Below, one piece after another: positions 17,903 through 26,906 of a DNA stretch of 64,000 nt. Below the pieces are notes generated by a model, which searched no databases, had not been told where the DNA came from, and saw only the letters and a list, made by a program, of their open reading frames with translations. Origin of the DNA: Pirellulales bacterium. Its GTDB lineage: Bacteria; Planctomycetota; Planctomycetia; Pirellulales; JBFWUW01. The stretch lies in NCBI GenBank assembly GCA_050247075.1, contig JBFWUW010000037.1, positions 1 through 64,000 of the forward strand. The letters run 5' to 3'. The position numbers and the translations under genes were made by a program. Numbering within the stretch: the first letter of the stretch is position 1; the number at the start of each line of letters is the position of its first letter.

Positions 17903-20900
17903 ATGAACGAACGGAGCATATTTTGGGCCGCTCTCGAATGTAAAACGCCACAAGCCCTGTCCGCGTACCTGGATGAGGCATGCGGCGGTAATCAGGAGTT
18001 GCGCGGTCGAGTGGAGTCGTTGATTCAGGCCCATGTCGCCGGCAGCGGACCGGTTGACGCCCTGGCGGGGGGCGATGATCCGCGGGATTCCTCTTGGGGC
18101 GCTGGGCCGGCACCGCTGAAAAGAAATCAAATGGAAGAAAAGCTTGATTTGTCGTTCTTGGATCCCAGTTCCCAAACTGGCAGCATCGGAACTCTTGGTA
18201 ACTACGAGATACTCGAAGTAATTGGCCACGGCGGCATGGGAGTCGTGCTCAAGGCGCAAGACACCAGGCTGCAGCGAATCGTCGCCATCAAGGTCTTATC
18301 GCCCAAGATTGCCGCCAACGTCGCGGCGAAACGGCGCTTCGAGCGGGAGGCTCAAGCCGCCGCCGCTGTGAGCCACGATCACATCGTCACCATCCATGCC
18401 GTGCAAGAACACCACGACTTGCCGTATATCGTGATGGAATGCGTCGTCGGCCGCTCGCTGCAGACCAAGATTGAAGAGACGGGCCCGTTAGAACTAAAGG
18501 AAATCCTGCGCATCGGCAGCCAGATCGCCTTGGGGCTGGCGGCGGCGCACAAACAAGGGTTGGTTCATCGCGATATCAAGCCCAGCAACATTTTGCTGCA
18601 GAATGGCATTCAGCGGGTCAAGATTGTCGACTTTGGACTGGCGCGCGCCGCGGACGATATCAGCATTACCCAGCCAGGACAGATCGCTGGCACGCCGTTG
18701 TACATGTCCCCCGAACAAGCGGAGGGAAAAACCGTTGACCATCGGAGCGACCTGTTTAGCTTGGGGAGCGTGCTCTACACCATGTGCGCGGGAAGGCCGG
18801 CGTTTCGGGCGGATAGCACCGTGGCGGTGCTTCGCCGTGTGTGCGATGACACGCCCCGTCCCATTCGCGAAATCAACCCCGAGTTGCCAGATTGGCTCGG
18901 GCAGATCGTTGGCAAGTTGCTCTTCAAAGCCAAGCAGGACCGTTATCAAACGGCCGCCGAATTGGCGGACCAATTGAGCTTGCACTTGGCCCGACTTCAA
19001 GAGCCGCGATCCGATTCGCATCTTGACCCAACCATAGCCCAACAAGCTCATCCCCTGGCCTCTCAATCCGGCGGCCTGGCACCGGTTTCGTCACGCCGGC
19101 GCGCGCGGTGGGCCGGCATGGGAGTAGCGCTGGGATTAGTCCTCGGAATGATTCCGCTTGCCTGGTGGTGGGGGTTGTTTGCCGTCCGTGACCCTTCGCC
19201 CGAGGGAATGTTCCATCCGGAGGCTTTAGCGCCACCATCTAGCGAGAGGCCATTGGCCGCGGCCGATAACGACCCGCGGGAAATCGTGCCTTCGGACGAT
19301 GCTCCTCCCGACAGCCCTTTATCCGAAAACCAAGATTGGCCCGGCTGGCCAGCGGATGCTCCCGCTCCGGCGATTTCCCCGTTCACCAGGGAACAGGCGC
19401 AGCGTTACCAGGAAGAGTGGGCGGCCTACCTGCAAGTGCCGGTCGAATGGGAGAATTCCATTGGCATGAAATTCCGCCTGATCCCGCCAGGAGAATTCCT
19501 GATGGGCCTGTCCGAGGCCGATGTAGCTTCGGTCGTTGCCAACAAGAGAAATGAAAACGAATGGGAAGCACAATATCCTGGCGCCATGCCTCGGCACCGC
19601 GTGCGCGTGTCGCAGCCCTACTACCTGGGTACGTTCGAAGTCGCCCAGGGGCAATTCAACCAGGTTGCCGGCGTCAACCCGTCGTTTTACTCCGCGGCGG
19701 GAGAAGGCAAGCAACAGGTTGCCAAAGAGGATACATCAACGTTTCCGGTCGATTCGGTGTCGTTCATCAAGGCCGCGGAGTTCTGCGGCAAGCTTAGCCA
19801 ACTCGAAGGACGAGAGCGCGCCTACTTCACCGGTGGCGCGACAGTCACGGTCTTGTCGGGCGGCGGTTATCGTATTCCCACCGAGGCCGAATGGGAATTT
19901 GCCTGTCGGGCCGGCACAACCTCTGGCTGGTCCGCCGCCGAACTAGAAAGCCAGTTGCCCAAGGCGGCCTGGTTCGCTGCAAACTCCGCCGGCCAAACAC
20001 ACCCGGCGGGCCAATTGCAGGCTAATCCCTTCGGACTGTACGACATGCACGGAAATGTCTCGGAATGGTGCCAAGACGTTTACAACGGGCGAACTTATCT
20101 CAATCGCCAATCGGGCATCACGACCGACCCTGTTGGCCCAGATGTCGGCAACCAGCGCGTGCTGCGCGGCGGCAGTTGGTATAGCCACTCTGGCCTGAGC
20201 CTGGCGGCCTTTCGATTGGTGCGAGATTCCACCATCCATCATCCCGACTGCGGCTTTCGGGTGGCTATCAGTGCCCAAGAGGTCCAGCAGTCGCCGATCT
20301 CCGTGGCGCCGCGGGTGGGCCTTAATCCGCAATCCATTCCAGAACACGAGCGGCTGCCGTGGCACCCTAGCGAACTCTTGGGGGTGATCGGCGCCCAACA
20401 GCGAGCCCATTGGGGCAGCGTGTCTTCCGTGGCGTTGTCGCCGGACAGCAAGCAGTTTTTGAGTTGCGGCGCGGATGGCTGCTGGTTGGAGACAGATGCC
20501 AGCCAGCCAGCCGAATGCATCACATTCGCCGAAAACCCACCCTCCTTCGCGTTGTATCACGAAGCGTTGGGCTTCCTCAGCGTCCATCGCGACGGACAGG
20601 TTCTGCGCTGGTTCACGGAACAGCCTTCGCGGCACGAAACGCTCTGGCGGGTGCCCGCCAACACCCGCGTATTGAGAATGTCTGGCGACGCCAAGACGTT
20701 AGCCGCTTGGGTGTTGCCAGAGACCGGCGGACAAACTTCCTTCGAGGGAGTGGGTGACACCGTTGTCATGGATCTGGCGGACAACGTGCCGCGAGAACGC
20801 TTCCGCGTCAGGGGGACGCGCCGACCGGCAATGACGCCCCAGAGAGACATGCTATTCGTCTATGACGAGGCGGCCAAAGAGTTACAGGTTTTCGATCTGC

Positions 20901-22294
20901 GCGAGCCAGAAGTGGTGCCCGCCAGCCGCATTAAGCCAAGTGCGCCAATCTGGCAGATGGAGTGCAAGGCAGAAGATCAACTCGTCACCCTGAACACCAA
21001 CAATATTTTGGAGTTGTGGTCGGTGGAGGCGCACGCGTTGACACTTCTCGATTCGACCGACCCAGCCTTCTCCTTCGCGGGTTGCTTGGAAATCGCGGTC
21101 TCTGGTGATGGGCGACGCGTCGCCGCGCCCCACAAGGCTGGAGCGCGTGTGGTCGATATCGTCGATCGGCGGTTTGTGCCGTACCTGAAGGGAAATTTGG
21201 ATGCCCACTACTTTTTGTCCAATTATGAAAGAGCAGCACTTTCCCAAGACGGGTCTACCTTGTTGATCGGACCCAGTGCAGCGCCAGTTCGCCGCTGGAC
21301 GTTGGAGGCTAGCCAGGCCAAGGAGGCCGAATTTCAGGGCTATACCGTGGGAACGCCGAACCTGGTAACCTCGGGAGACGGTTCTCGAGTCGCCTCCCAT
21401 AATAACTGGGGCAGCATTCGCATTTGGGGCTTGGACCAATCGCAGCCCGATTACCGGAAAAACCCGGAATGGAATCATGCGGGTGTGTTGGCCTTCAGCG
21501 ATGACGGTCTGGCCGCTTGCGTCTCGGCTGGCCATCCTGAGTTATCGCTCTTTCGCGATTCTGGTGGAACCTGGGTAACGGCCAGGCTCTTGGATCAAAA
21601 CGGCCAGGCGGCCAGCTTTTCCGGGCAGGGCCAGTTGGCGGTCGCCGCCGCGACCGGCGAAATAATACTCTACGATGTAACCAGCCGCCAACCCGACGAA
21701 ATCGCGCGTTCACCCAGTTTGGGTTCGGAGATCGCCTTTCGCCAGATTGCATTTCAGCGGCCGGAAGGCCGGCTCGTCGCCATCACCTCGCCGCCGCAAG
21801 CCGCGCGAGAATTGGTATTGCGCGTCTTTGAGATAGACGGAACGACAATCCGTGAGGCCTATTCCAAAAAGATGTCCGACGTAACCGCGGTTCTCGGCCG
21901 ATTCGGCACGCACGCGGCCGTCTCCTATCGCGATGGTTTGGTCGAGATCTTTAAGGTAGGGCCGGCCAGCCTGACCAAAGCCAAAGAGATAAGGCTTGGC
22001 GCCAATCCTGTCGCTGTCGACTTGTCGCCGACCGGTTCTCACCTGTTGGCCGTTGGTCCTCCGAGCGAGGTAGGTGTCTTTCGGTGCGAGGATGCTCTCC
22101 GTACCACCCACTGGGAGTTTCCTGGCGCGGTCTGGAACGCCGCATTTCTCGGCGATAGCGGCTGCATCGTGACGGCCAATTCCAATCGAACCGCGCTAGT
22201 GCTTCGATATGAAATGGGTGAAAGCGGAGTTCACGGGAACGCCCAACTTAGGAAGCCCCCGACGGCCGTTCCAGCGGTTACCCCTTCGCCGTGA
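17903..22294 (+). CDS. Ser/Thr protein kinase with transmembrane segment, extracytoplasmic FGE-sulfatase (SUMF1-like) domain and C-terminal beta-propeller (WD40-like) region
   Basis: Kinase motifs HRDIKPSNILL, DFGLAR and GTPLYMSPE. TM helix WAGMGVALGLVLGMIPLAWWWGLF. FGE-domain motifs RVRVSQPYYLGTFEVAQGQF and RVLRGGSWYS. About 650 aa of repetitive beta-strand-rich sequence follow. The conserved N-terminal box MNERSIFWAALECKTPQALSAYLDEACGGNQELRGRVESLIQAH is characteristic of ECF-associated kinases. Confidence 0.9.
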   Translation: MNERSIFWAALECKTPQALSAYLDEACGGNQELRGRVESLIQAHVAGSGPVDALAGGDDPRDSSWGAGPAPLKRNQMEEKLDLSFLDPSSQTGSIGTLGNYEILEVIGHGGMGVVLKAQDTRLQRIVAIKVLSPKIAANVAAKRRFEREAQAAAAVSHDHIVTIHAVQEHHDLPYIVMECVVGRSLQTKIEETGPLELKEILRIGSQIALGLAAAHKQGLVHRDIKPSNILLQNGIQRVKIVDFGLARAADDISITQPGQIAGTPLYMSPEQAEGKTVDHRSDLFSLGSVLYTMCAGRPAFRADSTVAVLRRVCDDTPRPIREINPELPDWLGQIVGKLLFKAKQDRYQTAAELADQLSLHLARLQEPRSDSHLDPTIAQQAHPLASQSGGLAPVSSRRRARWAGMGVALGLVLGMIPLAWWWGLFAVRDPSPEGMFHPEALAPPSSERPLAAADNDPREIVPSDDAPPDSPLSENQDWPGWPADAPAPAISPFTREQAQRYQEEWAAYLQVPVEWENSIGMKFRLIPPGEFLMGLSEADVASVVANKRNENEWEAQYPGAMPRHRVRVSQPYYLGTFEVAQGQFNQVAGVNPSFYSAAGEGKQQVAKEDTSTFPVDSVSFIKAAEFCGKLSQLEGRERAYFTGGATVTVLSGGGYRIPTEAEWEFACRAGTTSGWSAAELESQLPKAAWFAANSAGQTHPAGQLQANPFGLYDMHGNVSEWCQDVYNGRTYLNRQSGITTDPVGPDVGNQRVLRGGSWYSHSGLSLAAFRLVRDSTIHHPDCGFRVAISAQEVQQSPISVAPRVGLNPQSIPEHERLPWHPSELLGVIGAQQRAHWGSVSSVALSPDSKQFLSCGADGCWLETDASQPAECITFAENPPSFALYHEALGFLSVHRDGQVLRWFTEQPSRHETLWRVPANTRVLRMSGDAKTLAAWVLPETGGQTSFEGVGDTVVMDLADNVPRERFRVRGTRRPAMTPQRDMLFVYDEAAKELQVFDLREPEVVPASRIKPSAPIWQMECKAEDQLVTLNTNNILELWSVEAHALTLLDSTDPAFSFAGCLEIAVSGDGRRVAAPHKAGARVVDIVDRRFVPYLKGNLDAHYFLSNYERAALSQDGSTLLIGPSAAPVRRWTLEASQAKEAEFQGYTVGTPNLVTSGDGSRVASHNNWGSIRIWGLDQSQPDYRKNPEWNHAGVLAFSDDGLAACVSAGHPELSLFRDSGGTWVTARLLDQNGQAASFSGQGQLAVAAATGEIILYDVTSRQPDEIARSPSLGSEIAFRQIAFQRPEGRLVAITSPPQAARELVLRVFEIDGTTIREAYSKKMSDVTAVLGRFGTHAAVSYRDGLVEIFKVGPASLTKAKEIRLGANPVAVDLSPTGSHLLAVGPPSEVGVFRCEDALRTTHWEFPGAVWNAAFLGDSGCIVTANSNRTALVLRYEMGESGVHGNAQLRKPPTAVPAVTPSP

Positions 22295-22370
22295 GTCCTT
22301 GATTTCGCTGAAAGATACAGTGCGACAACAACGGCGGCGCGGCGGCCATTGTCGCGGTTGGATGCAACAA

Positions 22371-22400
22371 CCGCTGGCCGGGAACTTTCCCAGCCAGCGG
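22371..22400. terminator. GC-rich hairpin between convergent kinase and SPFH genes (putative bidirectional terminator)
   Basis: CCGCTGGC-cgggaactttccca-GCCAGCGG is a perfect 8-bp stem. It lies in the 120-bp gap between the stop at 22294 (+) and the stop at 22414 (-). Confidence 0.4.
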
Positions 22401-22413
22401 TCCTCGATCCTTC

Positions 22414-23520
22414 TCACAACAAATTCACCACCCGGTCGGCCAAGCCGCGCTCGCCCAGGACGACCTTCAGATCGGAGTGGATGGCGATCTTTTCCAACAC
22501 CTCCAGCTCCCGCAGCCGCATCAGGGTTGGGTTGTCCTGCAACAACCGGGCCGTGTTGACTTGGCTGCGCATGGCGGCCGTCTCCTCGCGGCGGACGATG
22601 AGGTTGGCCTCGGCTGCCTTTTTGGCTTCCGTGACCTTGTTCATCAGATCCTTCATTTCGCCCGGCAGGATGATGTCGCGGATGCCGACCGCGGCTACTT
22701 CCAGGCCCAATTCGGCCGCGCGGCGGCGGACTGCCTGGTGCAGTTCGTCAGCCACGGCATCCTTGTCGGCCAGGAAGGCATCCAGATCGCGCGCGCCGAT
22801 CACGGCCCGCAACGCCAACTGGGCGTCGCGGTACAATGCCTGGCGAACGTCCTCGGCCGCGGTTACGGCCTGGCGGGCGTCGGACACGCGATACGTGACG
22901 ACGGCGTTCAGGCGTAGCGTGACTTTGTCGGCCGTCATGATCTCCTGGCCGCCAACGTCCAACATTGCCTCGCGCAGATCGACCGGAACCAGCTTGATCT
23001 GGGCCATGTTCTTCCAAAAGGCGTAGCGGCCCGGCGGCAGCGTCTCGATGTACGCGCCGTCGCGGAACAATACTCCCTGGTGGCCCTGATCAACCTGGCA
23101 TACCTCCAGCAGCCGTTCGACCAAGGACGAGCGGGCAATCATCGGCAGATCGGCATGTTCAAACCGTGCGCCGCGGGCGTCGATGATTTCCACCTTCACC
23201 TCGCGTAGGTCGCTCCAGTAGGTAAACAGACCCGGCGGCAGCACATGGCTGAAACGGCCGTCGATCCAGACCAAGGCCCGCTGGTAGTCCTTCAAATCGA
23301 CCACCACGGCGCGGCCGGCGAGCTCGCCCGAGCGAACGATCACGTCCAACTTGTCGTGGACCAGCCACGGATCGCGGCGCGAGGCAATCTGTACGCGCAC
23401 CTTGCCGAATGGGTCGAACAGCCAGTGACGGCCTGCGGCCAGCAGGCCGCGGAACTCGCCATCGCGGAACAACAGGCCGCACTCGTAATTGCAAATCTTG
23501 ATGTGCTTGAACAGTAACAT
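22414..23520 (-). CDS. SPFH/band-7 (stomatin/prohibitin-like) domain protein
   Basis: The C-terminal half KVTLRLNAVVTYRVSDARQAVTAAEDVRQALYRDAQLALRAVIGARDLDAFLADKDAVADELHQAVRRRAAELGLEVAAVGIRDIILPGEMKDLM is classic band-7. Confidence 0.8.
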   Translation of the reverse strand: MLLFKHIKICNYECGLLFRDGEFRGLLAAGRHWLFDPFGKVRVQIASRRDPWLVHDKLDVIVRSGELAGRAVVVDLKDYQRALVWIDGRFSHVLPPGLFTYWSDLREVKVEIIDARGARFEHADLPMIARSSLVERLLEVCQVDQGHQGVLFRDGAYIETLPPGRYAFWKNMAQIKLVPVDLREAMLDVGGQEIMTADKVTLRLNAVVTYRVSDARQAVTAAEDVRQALYRDAQLALRAVIGARDLDAFLADKDAVADELHQAVRRRAAELGLEVAAVGIRDIILPGEMKDLMNKVTEAKKAAEANLIVRREETAAMRSQVNTARLLQDNPTLMRLRELEVLEKIAIHSDLKVVLGERGLADRVVNLL

Positions 23521-23909
23521 GGCTTGGCTTCTTTCTTGCGTTCAAGAGGGCCCTTGGGAGGCGAAACGAGTTGCCGATCACATGGTGGATTGCGGGGCTG
23601 GCTTGAGTTAAGGCCTTCCGATGCCGCCGGGCGGCCGCGCGAGTGCCGGGCCACGCGGCCCAAGGGCCGCGCTGCGCCGACAAGCCGGGACCGCCCGCGT
23701 TTCACGGGGTGGCAAAAGCGGTATCCGCCCAGCCGCAGGGCAATCTTGCATGCCGCCTTGGGGCGTGGCCGCCCACCCGCGCCTTCAACCGCAAGCGGTC
23801 GAAAAGCGAGAGAAAGGCGGTTTAGCGGTCCGCGGCCGATTGGCAAATAGCTCACCTCCCTTGGGCGTTGATGTTGGCACTTGCGTGCCGCGAGCGGTTT
23901 GTAGCCGCC

Positions 23910-23980
23910 TGATGGTGCGGGAGTCGAACCCGCGACTTCCAGTTGAAAACTGGTGCTCTACCCACTGAGCTAACCGGTCG
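23910..23980 (-). tRNA. tRNA-like gene with canonical D and T arms, but an acceptor stem that does not pair as read and a short anticodon loop (isotype unresolved; TTC/Glu if the loop is TTTTCAA)
   Basis: The reverse complement gives GACCGGT-TA-GCTC-AGTGGGTA-GAGC-A-CCAG-TTTTCAA-CTGG-AAGTC-GCGGG-TTCGACT-CCCGC-ACCATCA. The D-arm and T-arm (GGTTCGACTCC) are textbook. The 3' acceptor strand ACCATCA does not pair with the 5' strand GACCGGT; ACCGGTC would be expected. Confidence 0.5.
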
Positions 23981-24246
23981 AATGCCGCCATCGTCATAAC
24001 CCGAATCACGGAACGCCGCGAGCTAACGGGAGATAACCCGAGTTCGCTGCGCCGCCGGCCCGACGGCATCAACAGCAAAGACGCGGCGGAAGGGGAACGG
24101 GTTCGCGGGGAAGGGGGAGAAAAGGCAGAAGGATGAAGGCGGAAGGACGAAGAAGAGTGGTTGCCGTGGGGTTGTAGAAATGGGATGGAGCTTGATAATG
24201 CCGGTGGTTCATGGTCGCCGGATCTTATGCATTTAAGGAGATTGTC

Positions 24247-25149
24247 ATGCCATTGCTGGTTGTTGGTTCGGTGGCCTTGGACAGCGTTGAGACACCTATG
24301 GACAAGCGCGATGACGTGCTGGGGGGCTCGGCGGTTTTTTTCTCGTACGCGGCCAGTTACTTTACGGGCGTGCGGCTGGTGGGCGTGGTGGGGGAGGATT
24401 GGCCGGCCGAGCATTCGCAGTTGCTGCAAACGCGGGGCATTGACACGTCGGGCCTGCATGTGGTGCCGGGTGGCAAGACCTTCCGTTGGCGCGGCAAGTA
24501 CCTGCCCAACATGAACGACCGCGAGACGCTGGAAGTCCACCTCAACGTGTTTGAGACCTTCGACCCCGTACTGCCCGACGATTACCGCCGCAGCCAGTTT
24601 TTGTTCTTGGCCAATGGCTCGCCGATTGTGCAGCTTAAGGTGCTGGAACAGGTGCCGGGGGCCACGCTGGTGGTGGCCGACACGATGGACCTGTGGATTA
24701 AGATTCAACATGCCGAGTTGATGCGGCTGTTCAAACGGCTGGACGGGCTGGTGCTGAACGATTCCGAGGCCAAGCTGCTAACCGGTGACGACAACCTGGT
24801 ACGGGCGGGGCACGCCGTCCGCAAGATGGGGCCCAAGTTCGTCATCATCAAAAAGGGGGAGCACGGCGCGATGTTCTTCAGCGAGCATGAGACTTACGTC
24901 ATGCCGGCGTTTCCCACGGCGGACGTGATTGATCCAACCGGGGCGGGCGACAGCTTTGCCGGAGGCATGATGGGCTACCTGGCCGAGCAAGGCAACTTTG
25001 AGCCGCAAACGCTGAAGACGGCCATGGCCTACGGCACGCTGGTCGCCAGCTTCAATGTGGAGGACTTCAGCCTCGACCGTCTACGAAAGATTGACCGCGC
25101 GGATATCGACCGCCGCATGAAAGAATACCGGCAGATGCTGAGCTTTTGA
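24247..25149 (+). CDS. PfkB family carbohydrate/nucleoside kinase (ribokinase-like)
   Basis: DPTGAGDSFAGGMMGY anion-hole motif. SD AAGGAG lies 6 nt upstream of ATG 24247. The track start 24211 is less likely. 300 aa. Confidence 0.85.
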   Translation: MPLLVVGSVALDSVETPMDKRDDVLGGSAVFFSYAASYFTGVRLVGVVGEDWPAEHSQLLQTRGIDTSGLHVVPGGKTFRWRGKYLPNMNDRETLEVHLNVFETFDPVLPDDYRRSQFLFLANGSPIVQLKVLEQVPGATLVVADTMDLWIKIQHAELMRLFKRLDGLVLNDSEAKLLTGDDNLVRAGHAVRKMGPKFVIIKKGEHGAMFFSEHETYVMPAFPTADVIDPTGAGDSFAGGMMGYLAEQGNFEPQTLKTAMAYGTLVASFNVEDFSLDRLRKIDRADIDRRMKEYRQMLSF

Positions 25150-25163
25150 GGCGCGGAATTGAT

Positions 25164-25270
25164 CTCCCTCTCCCTCTGGGAGAGGGCCGGGGTGAGGGTT
25201 TGGTTGATGGCGGCTATTTCGGCACATCTCCCTCTCCCCAACCCTCTCCCGGAGTACCGGGAGAGGGAGC
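25164..25270. repeat. REP-like composite palindromic intergenic repeat, copy 1
   Basis: ctccctctccctctgggagaggg ... ggggtgagggtt ... aaccctctcccggagtaccgggagagggag: nested inverted repeats in the gap between convergent pfkB-like and sulfatase genes. The same element recurs at 63245-63352. Confidence 0.6.
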
Positions 25271-25337
25271 CTGAAGCAGAAGTTATTTCGGTACCCAACC
25301 ATACGATTTCAATTGTCGCCGGCATATGCGCGGGCAG

Positions 25338-26849
25338 TCATTCCGGGATGGGGGCTGACCGGCGAATGGTGGTCGCCCCTTCCCACACCGCTTCATCGGT
25401 GGCGGGGTCATACGTCAGCACGCGATGGGCGCTGCCGGCGGCGGGAGCCTCGTCGATGGTCGGCAGCCAGCGGCGATGATCGGCGATGATACGCTCGTAG
25501 GCGGCATCGTCGGCCAGATTGGTCCATTCGCGCGGGTCGGATTGCAAGTCGTACAATTCTTGGCTGCCGTCGGCGTAGTGGATATACCGCCAGCGCTGGC
25601 TGCGAACCGCATGGTTGCCACGGTTGTGCGAGGTAATGGCCGGCTTTTCGCGCGGCGCGTCGGCCTGTTGCAGTTGCGGCAGCAGGCTCTGCCCTTCCAG
25701 CCCATCGCTCGGCGGCAGATGGCTCAGTTCGACCAGCGTGGGATAAATATCGAGCAGTTCGGCGGGCTGCGTGCAGCGTCCGCCGGCTGCCACGCCCGGT
25801 CCGGCAAAGATCAATGGCACGCGGGTGGAGCGTTCCCACAGCGTGTTCTTGCCGGTAATGGCCTTCTCACCGAGGTGCCAGCCGTGGTCGCCCCACACCA
25901 CGACAATGGTGTTGTCGGCCAGTCCAGCCTGGTCGAGCGCCTCTATCAGGCGGCCGACTTGCGCATCAACAAAACTGGTGCAAGCCAGGTACGAGCGAAC
26001 GAGATTGCGCCATTGGCCGTTGTCACGAACCCACTTCAGCCGCGGTTCTGGCAGATTCCAATGCAAGTACCAGGAAAAACGGGGCGTGTCTTGGCGGTCG
26101 TTGTCCTGGATCGCTGGCAGCAGCGTATCATCATCGGGATAAAGATCGAACCATTTTTGAGTGGCATAGCACGGCACATGTGGCAGAAAAAAGCCAGCAG
26201 CCAGAAAAAACGGCTGGTCGCGCGGGGCAGCCGCAATTTGCTCGGCCGCCCAGGTGGCTACCTGGTAGTCGCCTTTGTCCTGGTCGCGGTGTGGAAAAAC
26301 GCCCCAGTCCATCAGCGGATGATTGCCCATCGGCGTGGGCGGAATGAGCTTGTCCGGCGGTTTGGCGCCAATGCCGCCGAACGGTCCCCATCCGTCAAAC
26401 TCGCTGGCTCGCTGAGCAGGGCCGCCGGCATCTCCATGATAAATCTTGCCGGTCGTTAGAGTCCGGTAGCCGTGCGCTTGGAAGTATTGTGGCAAAGTCA
26501 CCCGGTCGCTCCATCTGTCGAGCGTGCGAAACCAGGGGGCCAGGCCATAGATGCCAGTGGTGGTGGGGCGCAGTCCAAGCATCAGGCTGGTCCGCGAAGG
26601 GTTGCACAACGGGGCTTGGCAGTGGGCATTAAGAAACACCGTGCCGCCCTCGGCCAGCCGATCGAGGTGGGGCGTTTTGGCTAATGGGTGGCCGCCCAAC
26701 GCCCCGACCCAATCGTTCTGGTCGTCAATGGCAATGAACAAGATATTGGGCGGGCGCGGCGGTTCGGCGGAAATTGCCGTGGCATGAGAGTAGCACGCCA
26801 GCAGAACCAGAGAGGCCACCAGCCGTCGGCATCGAAGCAGATTACGCAC
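25338..26849 (-). CDS. sulfatase (arylsulfatase family, formylglycine-dependent)
   Basis: Signal peptide and the sulfatase signature CQAPLCNPSRTSLMLG (C-x-P-x-R FGE target), then GDHGWHLGE. 503 aa. Confidence 0.9.
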   Translation of the reverse strand: MRNLLRCRRLVASLVLLACYSHATAISAEPPRPPNILFIAIDDQNDWVGALGGHPLAKTPHLDRLAEGGTVFLNAHCQAPLCNPSRTSLMLGLRPTTTGIYGLAPWFRTLDRWSDRVTLPQYFQAHGYRTLTTGKIYHGDAGGPAQRASEFDGWGPFGGIGAKPPDKLIPPTPMGNHPLMDWGVFPHRDQDKGDYQVATWAAEQIAAAPRDQPFFLAAGFFLPHVPCYATQKWFDLYPDDDTLLPAIQDNDRQDTPRFSWYLHWNLPEPRLKWVRDNGQWRNLVRSYLACTSFVDAQVGRLIEALDQAGLADNTIVVVWGDHGWHLGEKAITGKNTLWERSTRVPLIFAGPGVAAGGRCTQPAELLDIYPTLVELSHLPPSDGLEGQSLLPQLQQADAPREKPAITSHNRGNHAVRSQRWRYIHYADGSQELYDLQSDPREWTNLADDAAYERIIADHRRWLPTIDEAPAAGSAHRVLTYDPATDEAVWEGATTIRRSAPIPE

Positions 26850-26906
26850 GGCGAAGAGCCTTGTAGATTGAGGGAGGCAATTCGATCCCGCGCTGGCGGT
26901 GCCTGC

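Noticed and set aside
23785-24711. 308-aa minus-strand ORF
   Set aside because: It runs through the tRNA-like gene and across the pfkB-like gene on the opposite strand, and has no motifs. The PfkB frame has the DTxGAGD signature and a consensus SD.
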